NCBI GenBank assembly: GCA_041641555.1
Contig: JBEPYC010000005.1
Location: forward strand, 1-51,260
Direction: 5' to 3'
Origin: Chitinivibrionales bacterium
GTDB taxonomy: Bacteria; Fibrobacterota; Chitinivibrionia; Chitinivibrionales; WJKA01
DNA length: 51,260 nucleotides
Made by a program: the position numbers and the translations under genes. The notes below the pieces were generated by a model that worked only from the letters and a program-made list of their open reading frames with translations, had not been told where the DNA came from and ran no database searches. Of this stretch, positions 8,905 to 18,043 are shown piece after piece (position 1 is the first letter of the stretch; every line of letters starts with the position of its first letter).

Positions 8905-9801
8905 GTGCCACCGTCTACAGCGATTTTGAGCGGGATAATACTACTCTCGTGCCTGTTTTGCACCATCACCGCTTCCCGACAGGACCTCGATTGTACAGTG
9001 GCATCTCTGGTCGGGTACCAGACAAATGCCGCATCTTCCCTGGAAGCCAGTGAAGTCGCAACTTCTTTTTTGTCATATGATCTGAATGCCGTTTACCAGA
9101 ACAAGCTGGGATCGAACGTTTTCCTGACGTTCAGCGGTAATGCATCACAGGCAGTCTTCCTCCAGAGCTCACCCGAATCCTACATTGCAGCAGAAGCAGA
9201 GGCGGAGAAAAGAAAAGATCGCCAGAGCGGCTCTATTGGTATGCTGATGGCATACCGCTCGTATAGAGCACGGGAAGACCTCGATTCGACTGACGGCAGC
9301 GTTTTCTTTAGACCGGTCCTCCGGTACCGGTACCAGTGGAAACACCCTCTCTCGATCATGTACTTTGTTGAGGGAAGCGACCAGGGGATGGCATCGGGTA
9401 GGACCTGGCGACATTCATTTTCTGCCAGTATACAATACCAGGCAGGATCAAGGGGGCTGCTGGAGGCCAAGGCAGGTATTACACAGGGGACAACTCGGAA
9501 CTACTACGAGTTGTTTGTATCTCCAATGGGCATTTGGCTTTGGGATGAATACACCAGCTTTTCAGGCCTTTTCTATGCTCTCCGAAGATTTACCCAGCGT
9601 GGTGCGGCGGGAGACCCACCTGCCGTTCTTCCGCTGAAAGGAACAGTATCCCTTCTGTTTTCCGCAGACCGCGCATTGTCGGAAAGACTCGAAATTTCGG
9701 CGGAGTATGGAGTCTTCGGATATTTTTCCGATTCAGAGAAACACGCATATTCATCGCACAGCATAGCGATTGGCTTGCGTTGGTTTTACCATTGGCTGTA
9801 A
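8905..9801 (+). CDS. hypothetical exported protein, possibly an outer-membrane beta-barrel
   Basis: GTG start. Hydrophobic N-terminus ILSGIILLSCLFCTITA. Alternating hydrophobic/polar strands throughout and an aromatic C-terminus GLRWFYHWL. No family recognised. Confidence 0.5.
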   Translation: MPPSTAILSGIILLSCLFCTITASRQDLDCTVASLVGYQTNAASSLEASEVATSFLSYDLNAVYQNKLGSNVFLTFSGNASQAVFLQSSPESYIAAEAEAEKRKDRQSGSIGMLMAYRSYRAREDLDSTDGSVFFRPVLRYRYQWKHPLSIMYFVEGSDQGMASGRTWRHSFSASIQYQAGSRGLLEAKAGITQGTTRNYYELFVSPMGIWLWDEYTSFSGLFYALRRFTQRGAAGDPPAVLPLKGTVSLLFSADRALSERLEISAEYGVFGYFSDSEKHAYSSHSIAIGLRWFYHWL

Positions 9802-9840
9802 CCTTTTCCAGACCCTTCACGTAAAAGCAGGTAGGAACGC

Positions 9841-10341
9841 TTGAGCGAAAACTCCAGGCCACTTCTTTTCAGTGACATTGTTCGACAATACACTGATTAT
9901 GTATATGGCCTGTCATACAGACTGCTTGGTGATTCTGAAGATGCAAAAGATGTCACGCAGGAAGTCTTTGCCAAGATTCATCGCTATTTTGACAGAATCG
10001 ATCCTCAGAAAAGCCTGAAGAACTGGGTATGTACGATCACGGTCAACTCCGCGCGGGATTATTACCGCTCGAATGCACGCCACAAATCGGCCTGTGTATT
10101 CGATGAAAGCCGGGGTGATGGTGGTAATCGGGATGATTCTGTTGAAAACAGGCTCATGGTGGAAACAATGCTGAATGCACTCGAAGGGAACTATCGCACT
10201 GCAATTGTTCTCTTTTACATAGAACAGAAAAGTATCAAAGAAATTGCACAAATCGCCAAACGTCCCGAACCATTGATAAAAGTATGGCTTCATCGGGCCA
10301 GAAAAATGCTTCTCAATCAGTTTGGGAAGGATCTAATATGA
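9841..10341 (+). CDS. ECF-type RNA polymerase sigma factor (sigma-70 family, group 4)
   Basis: TTG start. Region 2: YRLLGDSEDAKDVTQEVFAKIHRYF. Region 4 HTH: SIKEIAQIAKRPEPLIKVWLHRARKML. Confidence 0.9.
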   Translation: MSENSRPLLFSDIVRQYTDYVYGLSYRLLGDSEDAKDVTQEVFAKIHRYFDRIDPQKSLKNWVCTITVNSARDYYRSNARHKSACVFDESRGDGGNRDDSVENRLMVETMLNALEGNYRTAIVLFYIEQKSIKEIAQIAKRPEPLIKVWLHRARKMLLNQFGKDLI

Positions 10342-11243
10342 ATTGCAGAAGCGCACGTAGAATCCTTCATCGCACAAATGACCGCGGAGAATGCACTGGC
10401 AAAAGGTTTTTAGGACATATGGAAAAGTGTGCATCCTGTGCAGCGGAACGTGACCGCATGAAAGGTTTGGCGAGTCTTCTGGCGCAAACACCTCAAGAGA
10501 AAGCTCCAAAGGGATTGCAGCAATTGCTCCTGCAGCAGGCGGCTGAACGCGATCTGAACGATCCCGTCAAGGTCCAAAGAAAGTATGCTCCTCATGCTGC
10601 ACTTGCCGGTACTGCTGCGCTTCTTTTCCTGGGTATCGGCCTTATGCATCTGAAAACAGATTCAGTAGTTGAGGAACAGACACAGGTAAATACCAGTACC
10701 TCGGAACAATCCGGGCGTTCCAGTCCCCACAATGTACCCAGAGAATCTGACGCGGAACGGTCAGTGAGTCTGGATTCCAATCTGGAGAAATCGATTCGGG
10801 AGCAATTCGATCTTTCCGAAACCCAGCTTCTCATGGCCAAACTGCGAAAGGCAGAGGAGCTCGGATTGCCACCTGAAGTGCTTCGAAACTCGATTAGAGC
10901 GGGAATAGCAGAACAGAAATCACCACAGCAGATCATCGCGCAGGTTTCACAGCAGGCCGAACATCTCAAATCGGAGCCGGAACGAAAGAATCCTGAGCCT
11001 CCAGCTTCCGGATTCCAAGACAATTCTTCTGCAGCTCAAAGAGCCGAGAGGCAGGAACTACAGACCAGGCTCAACACCGCGACGCGCAAGCTCGAGCACA
11101 AGAAAGCACAGCAGATACGCAACCTGGAGCAGAAAAGAGAACGCCAGATGCGTAAGCTCGAACGAAAAGAAGAGCAGCAGAGGCGCAAACTGGAACGCCA
11201 ACGAGAGCGGATGGAGCGAAAGCTGAATAAGCGCTCTAAATAG
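10338..11243 (+). CDS. anti-sigma factor (zf-HC2-like N-terminus, one TM helix, long charged C-terminal region)
   Basis: The ATG overlaps the sigma-factor stop as ATGA (10338..10341). HMEKCASCAAER matches H-x3-C-x2-C. TM segment AALAGTAALLFLGIGLMHL. The C-terminus is ER/K-rich with 11-residue repeats. Confidence 0.75.
   Translation: MNCRSARRILHRTNDRGECTGKRFLGHMEKCASCAAERDRMKGLASLLAQTPQEKAPKGLQQLLLQQAAERDLNDPVKVQRKYAPHAALAGTAALLFLGIGLMHLKTDSVVEEQTQVNTSTSEQSGRSSPHNVPRESDAERSVSLDSNLEKSIREQFDLSETQLLMAKLRKAEELGLPPEVLRNSIRAGIAEQKSPQQIIAQVSQQAEHLKSEPERKNPEPPASGFQDNSSAAQRAERQELQTRLNTATRKLEHKKAQQIRNLEQKRERQMRKLERKEEQQRRKLERQRERMERKLNKRSK
11085..11240 (+). repeat. degenerate 33-bp tandem coding repeats (about 4.7 copies) in the anti-sigma gene
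   Basis: The encoded units are RKLEHKKAQQI, RNLEQKRERQM, RKLERKEEQQR, RKLERQRERME and RKLNKRSK. Units start at 11085, 11118, 11151, 11184 and 11217. Confidence 0.85.
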
Positions 11244-14200
11244 CGCTTAGGCCTTCCAAAACGAAGGTTTTGAGTTCGAACGGGGTGAAGTTGAGATGCA
11301 TCTCCGTTGCTGTCCCCTCTATTCTGCCCATCGCATTCTCCAACAGATCCGTTTCGATAGCACTCTTCCATGGAACGGAAGATCGGAGTTTCACGCCGGC
11401 CCGAGCTCCCCTTTCTTCGTAAAGACGCAGCACAATGCCATTGCCCTGCTCACGGTGTTTTACCACCTCGATTCTTACTCCTTCTCCGTCGATCCGAAAA
11501 ACGGATCGGAGCGGGTTGTCCGGCCGAGAGGGCACGGCTCGAATCACAAGCGGAGAGTTGAGCTCGGAAGCCCTGCGCGCGGCACCCGAATCCCAGAGAC
11601 TCCCGGGATGGGCAATATACCCGTATGTAAACTCATGTTTTCGTATGTCTGCTTCCGGGTCGGGTTCTTTGGGGCTACGGAGAAGCGAAAGCTCAAGCGC
11701 GGAGCCATAGACCGAATAGCCGTATTTACAGTCATTGACAAGTGTAAGTCCGCACTTTGGATCGGACAAATCAGCAAACCGGTGACCCACGACTTCGAAC
11801 CGTGCGCTGTCCCAGGTGGTATTATGATGCGTCGGGCGGGAAAGGGTACCGTACTGAATTTCGAAGGTAGCCTCAGGTGAACGGATGGCGGTATCCGCAT
11901 GAACCTTCAACAGCTTATTCTCTTCCCTCCAGTCGACTTCGGTTTCTACCTTTACCAGAGGATCACCGCTTGCGAGTGAAACTATCTGGACTATTTCTGA
12001 ATCACCGACCTGCAATTTCTGGCGGACTTTGCAGCATACAGGGGAATTCAATATGATATCGCGTTCCAGAAGCCGCGCCTGCTCGGGTTGCGTCTCCCGG
12101 TAATAGGGACTTATATCCCATGCATCGAAGTTATACGGGATATCTTCCCAGAGCATAATCCTGTTTGCAGTACCTGCGATCAATTCCGTTCCGGTGCTTT
12201 TATCCCTGATAGACCCAAACGTGCCATCCGGGTCGAATTCTACCCGGGTAAGATCGTTCTCGATCCAATCAGGACCGGCGCGCACCGAGGAAAGACTCTC
12301 AAGGTTTCCCGAACCCGGCTCCAGCTCAACCGTAGTCCATCCCATCGGAGGTATATCAACACGCACGAGCACGACATCACGTTCTTGATGCGAAGGAAGA
12401 ACTCTTCCACTGCTGTCCACGACCTCATATCTCTTGTCGGGCACCGAAGAAATCGGAATCTCGATGACTTCGCACCGTGCCCAGCTCAACGTGTTATATA
12501 CCACAAAGCATTGAGAACCTTCGGGTTTCTTCCCATGAAGTGCCACAAGACAGTTGGCACGTAAATCCTCGAGCTTTGAAATGTTTTGCTGAGACAATGA
12601 TTCGGCTTCGCGATACACCCGGTTCACCGAAGATCCCGGAAGAATATCATGAAACTGATTCAGCAGGGTATCTTTCCAGATGGAATTCAGTTGTTGGCGA
12701 ATATCCTGGCCCGAAAGCACCGCAAAGAATTCTAAATCGCGCAGAAGCAGCTCGAGACGGCGATTCAGCTTCTTCATCACCGCCTGTGTCGTAAGGGTTC
12801 CCCGGTGAAACTCCAGATAGAGCTCCCCGGTCCAGAGGGGAAGCAGCGAAGCAGATTTCCTGGTCATCCTCTCGAAAAACTCACGGACCGTTCCCATTTT
12901 CACCCGCGGCATTCCTTCGCAATCAGACAACCTTCGGGCACGTTCGATATGAAGCCGTGAAGGTCCCCCGCCCCCATCACCATTGCCATACGGATTCAGG
13001 AATTCATCGCAGACCTCTGCCTCTGCAAACCGTTTCTCCGCCGCATACAAGGCATCGGGTTCGTTTTCACCGACATAGGAATTCGTAGGGGCGAAATGCG
13101 AGAGGACTCTACTTCCATCAATTCCTTCCCACCAGAAAGTATTGAAAGGAAATGGATTCGTTTCATTCCACGAAATTTTCTGAGTGAAAAAAGTATCGAC
13201 GCCACACTTTCGAAGGATCTGCGGGAGAGCTGCAGAGTACCCGAAAACATCGGGAAGCCACAGGTTGGTGATATCTACATCGAATTCGTCCTGAAAAAAA
13301 CGCTTCCCGTACATGCACTGACGCACAAGACTTTCGCCTGAGGGAATATTCGTGTCGGGCTCAACCCACATAGCACCGAGGCATTCCCACTGCCCTCGCT
13401 TGGCTGCCGCTTTTATATCACGGTACAACTCGGGCTGATCGGTTTTGATCCATTCGTAGAGTTGGGGCTGTGAGGCTCCGAAGACATAATCGGGATACTC
13501 CTGCATCAGGCGCAGTGCGGTGGTAAATGTCCGGATTCCCTTCAGGCGGGTTTCACGCGCAGGCCAGAGCCAGGCCAGGTCGATATGAGCATTTCCGATG
13601 CTCCAGGCAGTCAGGGCACTTGGACTTGTCGATTTCTTCAGAAGCTCCTGAGCGTACTCCCGGCACTCCTCTGCGCCGTTTCCGCCTGCCCAGATGTTCG
13701 CGCATCGATTAAGACCCCAGAGGATTCTTCGAGCTCGTACCGAGTCCCGCGGGAGTGCCTGCATTGTTTCCCACAGGACTTCCAGGTCAAGAAATAGCTG
13801 CCAGTATTCCTGCTGTAGAATCGCGAGTTCAGCCTGAACGAGCGTGTAGGTATCGTTTCGTTTGTTTGGATGGTACCGGTTGGCCGAGGCCTCGAGCATG
13901 AGCGAAACCTCCGTCCCGGATTTCGCCGATTCGAAAAGCGGCACACGTCGTTTCAACCAGTTAAACGAGGAATCCGGATCCGGTGCCGTAATCCCCTGCA
14001 GCGGCTTGCCGCCACGGTAAACACACCCTTCCGATTGAACATTTAAGAGGGCTACAACATTTTTGCCGGAGAACTCCGCCGGAACGACTCCACTTAACTT
14101 GAACCAGGCATATGTCCATGGGTTACCCCAGGTTTCACCAACCACGATTGGAGAATAGCCAGCAGATTCCGCATCGGCTTGAGAAAAGGGACCACGCTCC

Positions 14201-14310
14201 ATTCGGGATACCGAACATGAGAGCGCAGACCGTTGACTCCCATACCGCAATGCTTCGACATCGCGTATAAACCGACGAACACGAGCTCTGTATACTGGTT
14301 CATTTCTCAT
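11236..14310 (-). CDS. alpha-mannosidase, glycoside hydrolase family 38
   Basis: GNAHIDLAWLWP, WLPDVFGYSAALPQIL, NTFWWEGIDGSRVL and YLEFHRGTLTTQA. The ORF extends to 14370, but the ATG at 14310 (MRNEPVY) minimises overlap with the upstream gene. Confidence 0.9.
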   Translation of the reverse strand: MRNEPVYRARVRRFIRDVEALRYGSQRSALSCSVSRMERGPFSQADAESAGYSPIVVGETWGNPWTYAWFKLSGVVPAEFSGKNVVALLNVQSEGCVYRGGKPLQGITAPDPDSSFNWLKRRVPLFESAKSGTEVSLMLEASANRYHPNKRNDTYTLVQAELAILQQEYWQLFLDLEVLWETMQALPRDSVRARRILWGLNRCANIWAGGNGAEECREYAQELLKKSTSPSALTAWSIGNAHIDLAWLWPARETRLKGIRTFTTALRLMQEYPDYVFGASQPQLYEWIKTDQPELYRDIKAAAKRGQWECLGAMWVEPDTNIPSGESLVRQCMYGKRFFQDEFDVDITNLWLPDVFGYSAALPQILRKCGVDTFFTQKISWNETNPFPFNTFWWEGIDGSRVLSHFAPTNSYVGENEPDALYAAEKRFAEAEVCDEFLNPYGNGDGGGGPSRLHIERARRLSDCEGMPRVKMGTVREFFERMTRKSASLLPLWTGELYLEFHRGTLTTQAVMKKLNRRLELLLRDLEFFAVLSGQDIRQQLNSIWKDTLLNQFHDILPGSSVNRVYREAESLSQQNISKLEDLRANCLVALHGKKPEGSQCFVVYNTLSWARCEVIEIPISSVPDKRYEVVDSSGRVLPSHQERDVVLVRVDIPPMGWTTVELEPGSGNLESLSSVRAGPDWIENDLTRVEFDPDGTFGSIRDKSTGTELIAGTANRIMLWEDIPYNFDAWDISPYYRETQPEQARLLERDIILNSPVCCKVRQKLQVGDSEIVQIVSLASGDPLVKVETEVDWREENKLLKVHADTAIRSPEATFEIQYGTLSRPTHHNTTWDSARFEVVGHRFADLSDPKCGLTLVNDCKYGYSVYGSALELSLLRSPKEPDPEADIRKHEFTYGYIAHPGSLWDSGAARRASELNSPLVIRAVPSRPDNPLRSVFRIDGEGVRIEVVKHREQGNGIVLRLYEERGARAGVKLRSSVPWKSAIETDLLENAMGRIEGTATEMHLNFTPFELKTFVLEGLSAI

Positions 14311-15628
14311 GGTGGTCGCTGTCCAGGGACTCGATTCCAATGCCCATGCCGGGTGCGTTGTTCTCTCCACGCATGTGCGGCGCCTCCATTGCCCTCCCTT
14401 TCAGATCAAACGCTGCATTGGCCCGCTTTCCACGGTGTCCCGGAAAGGAAATTATCTTACTTCTTTCTCGAGAAAAAAAAAGTCTTCCGCTTTTGATTTC
14501 GCTTTTTTTTACCGCCGCCGGTCCCCATCCGACCAGCTCCTCAACAGTCACTGCCAGCGACTCAGCAATTCGCTGGTTATAGCCCGGTCCAGGATGACAA
14601 CAAACGTAATCTCCCTCTTCGAATGCAGGGTACGTCACCAAAGCCAGATCATTCGCACCCTGGCTTTTCTCCGTGTCGTAGATGCGTTCAATGGCATGAG
14701 TGACACTGTCAACGCTTCCACATGGGTCATAGGGAGCTACGAGGATAAGCTTGGCCCCACTGTAAGTTGCTCTGAGTGTATCGAGGAAGGAGTGATAGGC
14801 AGTAGAGAAGGTGTCCGGGTGAACTGGCCGGCGCCATTTGTGTCCATTGAACGTAGCCTGGCGGCTTTCCGCAAAATCATTGGTTCCCAGATTAATGACG
14901 ACAAGATCGGGAATCCACGACGAATGATTCCATTCTGGTTCGGGCAACGAAGTCACTGTGCGGTTGAAATATTCCGGCATGGCTGTGTCCGAAATCATTT
15001 CTGTGTCACTGTGGTTATGCACCAGCCCTTTCCCCGAAACGGCAGTCATCACTGCCTGTGTGTTGAAAAACCGGGATGTGATTGCGGCAAACGAAGCATA
15101 AACATTGTTATTGTAAACGTTTTTATCTTGCCATCCTTCAGCACCGACGGCAAGAGCATTGGTGTGAGAATCTCCTATAAATTCGATTTTTCTCTGAGGC
15201 AGCGCGGGAGCGGCTGCAAGCGCGTTGCCCTCGGGCAAGATAAAGCCTTTGAAAAGCACCGGGCTGGATTTCGATTCACTGCGTTTATAGAGGATCAGGT
15301 CATGGATACCATCACTCAATCCGCTGACCAACTGATGCGTGTCCTTGTCTGCAAATACCGCAATGCTATCCACCAGGACCCCGTCGATGATCACATTGTA
15401 TGCACTTGAATCCGCAGTCTCATCGATAATTGCCGAACAGGCTGTTCCCTCAAAACGCGCGCGAACCTGGGTACCGGCCCAGCTCATTTTTACCGCATTT
15501 TCGTTCGACCGATCACAACGTCCTACGTAGACGATTCTCGAATCGGAGGGAGAAACGAAATCAGCTAAAACCGTAACAGATAGAATTTTTACTGCAATAG
15601 CCACAGCGGGCAGCAATCGATACAGCAT
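14300..15628 (-). CDS. secreted SGNH/GDSL-family hydrolase, CE2-like carbohydrate esterase (N-terminal beta-sandwich plus SGNH domain)
   Basis: The ATG at 15628 is preceded by AAAGGAGAG. Signal peptide MLYRLLPAVAIAVKILSVTVLA. SGNH blocks are IEFIGDSHTNA (block I), VVINLGTNDF (block III) and CCHPG (block V region). The last ~70 aa have no recognisable homology. Confidence 0.75.
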   Translation of the reverse strand: MLYRLLPAVAIAVKILSVTVLADFVSPSDSRIVYVGRCDRSNENAVKMSWAGTQVRARFEGTACSAIIDETADSSAYNVIIDGVLVDSIAVFADKDTHQLVSGLSDGIHDLILYKRSESKSSPVLFKGFILPEGNALAAAPALPQRKIEFIGDSHTNALAVGAEGWQDKNVYNNNVYASFAAITSRFFNTQAVMTAVSGKGLVHNHSDTEMISDTAMPEYFNRTVTSLPEPEWNHSSWIPDLVVINLGTNDFAESRQATFNGHKWRRPVHPDTFSTAYHSFLDTLRATYSGAKLILVAPYDPCGSVDSVTHAIERIYDTEKSQGANDLALVTYPAFEEGDYVCCHPGPGYNQRIAESLAVTVEELVGWGPAAVKKSEIKSGRLFFSRERSKIISFPGHRGKRANAAFDLKGRAMEAPHMRGENNAPGMGIGIESLDSDHHEK

Positions 15629-15708
15629 GTACAGCTCTCCTTTCTTGTTATCCTCAAAATACAGCAAGGAAGGTTATAATGGGAATGCCCCGGCGATAAT
15701 TCATCCAC

Positions 15709-16746
15709 TCAGCAGAGCAGCATAGCATCACCGTAGCTGAAAAAACGGTACCGTTCCTTGACAGCCGTATTGTAAGCGCGAAGTATCTGTTCACGATCCG
15801 CAAATGCACTCACCAGCATAAGCAGCGTCGAACGGGGAAGATGAAAGTTGGTGAGAAGGCAATCGATCACCTTGAATTGATATCCGGGGAGGATCAGCAG
15901 GCGGGTGGATCCCTGTCCCGGCCTTAGCTTTCCATGCTCCGTGACCACGTGCTCCAGAACGCGCACCACCGTAGTACCCACGGCGATAACCCTGCTGCCG
16001 CGGCGTTTTGCTTCGGAAATGGCTCTCACCGTTTCCTCTGGGAGCTCAAATGACTCCTCATGCATCGGGTGCGACGTCGGATTCTCTTCGGTAACCGGTT
16101 TGAATGTTCCCATTCCGACGTGCAGGGTTACAAAACAATGGCCGATTCCTTTCTGCTCGAGATTTCCAAGCAGCTCAGGGGTAAAATGGAGTCCGGCGGT
16201 AGGGGCGGCAACGGCCCCGGGCTTGTTCGCATATACCGTTTGATACCGGTTCCGGTCTTCCGGCTGTTCCGGTCTTTGCATATACGGAGGAAGAGGCACC
16301 GCTCCGATCTGCTCGAGTATATCTACGATTGTGCCGTCTCCACTTTCGAGACTGACCGTCACCGATGTAGAATCAGGCGGAACATCGAGAATACGGAATG
16401 AAACATCGGGCTTGCTTTCGGCATGCAAAAGGATGTCGGCAGAGAGCCTTCTTCTTGGCTTGGCCATTGCTTCCCATGAGCCATTCGAAAGTGGTCGCAC
16501 GAAAAAAAGCTCTATGCGAGCCCCGGTCGGTTTTCTGCAGAACACTCGTGCCGGAATCACCTTGGCATCGTTGAGGACCAGAAGATCGCCCTCTTTGAGC
16601 AGGGAAGGCAGCTGGTGGAATACGTGATGGTGGACTGAACCACCATTTCTGTCGACCCGCATCAGGCGGCTTTCATCCCGTCTGGCTGCAGGTGTCTGAG
16701 CTATCAGCTCGGGAGGTAACTCGTAGGAAAAATCGGAAGTGCGCAC
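15709..16746 (-). CDS. queA: S-adenosylmethionine:tRNA ribosyltransferase-isomerase
   Basis: A GTG start at 16746 gives (M)RTSDFSYELPPELIAQTPAARRDESRLM, the typical QueA N-terminus. Also GAVAAPTAGLHFT and FRFFSYGDAMLL. Confidence 0.93.
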   Translation of the reverse strand: MRTSDFSYELPPELIAQTPAARRDESRLMRVDRNGGSVHHHVFHQLPSLLKEGDLLVLNDAKVIPARVFCRKPTGARIELFFVRPLSNGSWEAMAKPRRRLSADILLHAESKPDVSFRILDVPPDSTSVTVSLESGDGTIVDILEQIGAVPLPPYMQRPEQPEDRNRYQTVYANKPGAVAAPTAGLHFTPELLGNLEQKGIGHCFVTLHVGMGTFKPVTEENPTSHPMHEESFELPEETVRAISEAKRRGSRVIAVGTTVVRVLEHVVTEHGKLRPGQGSTRLLILPGYQFKVIDCLLTNFHLPRSTLLMLVSAFADREQILRAYNTAVKERYRFFSYGDAMLLC

Positions 16747-16756
16747 ATTATTGTCC

Positions 16757-17683
16757 TTATCCCTGATCGCGAATAAATGAGACGAACGTTTCCGCCTGAT
16801 CGTATTCGAGCAGAAACTCCGCACTCAACTCTTCAAGCATCGAGGCATCCAGGGCAACATCGTTTTCTTCGAATAATGTCCACATTCTCTCATCGAGTTC
16901 TTTAACCTCGGCACGCCCTGAATTGCCAATGCCATTATAGTGACAAAGATAATTAGCTGCGCCAATCAGCCCAATAAAGGCAGGCTCCTGCGGTGCATCC
17001 CAGGGGCAATGGTGGTAATGGATTGTGTCGACAATAATCGAAGGAAGGCGCCATTTCTCCGCCAGCCACCCGCCTATCCGCGAATGCCCGGTTCCCAACA
17101 CTTCTCTCTCGGCAGCATCGAGGTCCATTTTTTTCTCCGCCACCCGGGACATGACCTGCGTGAAATCCTCGTGCGCATACTGATTGACGATAATCTTCCC
17201 AAGATCATGCAGAAGGCCGGCAACAAATGCCTCTCCTACCAACCGACGGTAGTACTTTCTGGCGAGCATTCGTGCTCCCACACCGCAAGCGATTGAATGC
17301 TCCCAGAACTGCGAAACATCAAACCGCCGATCCGCCTCGGAATTCCTGAAAACATCGAGAACCGACAGAGAGAGCCCCATTTCCTTGACACTATTGAACC
17401 CGAGGATTACAATCGCCATATTTACCGTAGAAATCTCGCGCGAGAATCCGTAGTAGGCCGAATTGGCCAACTTCAGTATGCGGGCAGTAAGTGCCTGGTC
17501 GGTCGAAATCAGACGTGCAAGCGATGCCGCTGAGGTCTTCGGGTTATCAACCATCTCGATCATCTTGGAGACAACCGTTGGAAGTGTCGGGAGCGTCAGA
17601 ACGCTCTCGGTTATCCGCTTGATCCGGTTTGCCGCGGTTTCATTCTTATGAGAAGGTATCATTGGTTTTGGTGGATTTGACAT
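16757..17683 (-). CDS. HDOD domain-containing signalling protein
   Basis: LPTLPTVVSKMIEMVDNPKTSAASLARLISTDQALTARILKLANSAYYG and GLLHDLGKI. The start is ambiguous: the ORF is open to 17737, and the ATG at 17683 avoids overlap with the upstream ORF. Confidence 0.85.
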   Translation of the reverse strand: MSNPPKPMIPSHKNETAANRIKRITESVLTLPTLPTVVSKMIEMVDNPKTSAASLARLISTDQALTARILKLANSAYYGFSREISTVNMAIVILGFNSVKEMGLSLSVLDVFRNSEADRRFDVSQFWEHSIACGVGARMLARKYYRRLVGEAFVAGLLHDLGKIIVNQYAHEDFTQVMSRVAEKKMDLDAAEREVLGTGHSRIGGWLAEKWRLPSIIVDTIHYHHCPWDAPQEPAFIGLIGAANYLCHYNGIGNSGRAEVKELDERMWTLFEENDVALDASMLEELSAEFLLEYDQAETFVSFIRDQG

Positions 17684-17705
17684 GCAGGGTATATCGATGC
17701 ACGCT

Positions 17706-18011
17706 TTACGCGTCGACATCGACAAACCGACCGCCATCGGGCCGGGGACCTCTCATGGATTTCTTTTTCTTGTTTCGGGAGCTTTTTTTTTCGTGTCGCG
17801 GATTCTGTTTTTCACGCCGGTCCCTGGGATCGATTGTCTTTTCCTGCGACTGTTCAGGCTCCACAGCAGTCTGTGCCCGGCGCTGAGCTTCCTCGCGGGC
17901 CTTCAGGATATTGCTTTCCTGATCGATCATCGGGGCGCGATGCCCATCCTGCTGGTGACGCTCAAGTTGCGTGAGGTTGCTCACCGAAGCATTGAAATCG
18001 ACAATCCTCAT
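17706..18011 (-). CDS. hypothetical small, highly charged, probably disordered protein downstream of fliA
   Basis: Strong GGAGGTGA Shine-Dalgarno 6 nt before the ATG, 33 nt after the fliA stop. 101 aa rich in E/K/R/Q (RREKQNPRHEKKSSRNKKKKS). No family recognised. Confidence 0.5.
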   Translation of the reverse strand: MRIVDFNASVSNLTQLERHQQDGHRAPMIDQESNILKAREEAQRRAQTAVEPEQSQEKTIDPRDRREKQNPRHEKKSSRNKKKKSMRGPRPDGGRFVDVDA

Positions 18012-18043
18012 AACCGATCACCTCCACCAGGAAGACACCGCAA

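Noticed and set aside
8406-9053. A 215-aa plus-strand ORF bridging the beta-helix gene end, the terminator and the start of the next gene.
   Set aside because: It overlaps a supported CDS out of frame, runs through a rho-independent terminator and has no recognisable motifs.
11036-11371. A 111-aa minus-strand ORF overlapping the end of the anti-sigma gene and the end of the GH38 gene.
   Set aside because: It is the reverse-complement reading of the 33-bp ER/K repeat (giving an S/L/R/C-rich repeat) and overlaps two well-supported genes.
14300-14420. A possible type IX secretion C-terminal sorting domain in the esterase tail (AAFDLKGRAM resembles the D-L-x-G-R strand of such domains).
   Set aside because: Only one short strand-like match is present, and the other conserved blocks are absent. 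The frame of this tail is itself doubtful because of the upstream homopolymers.
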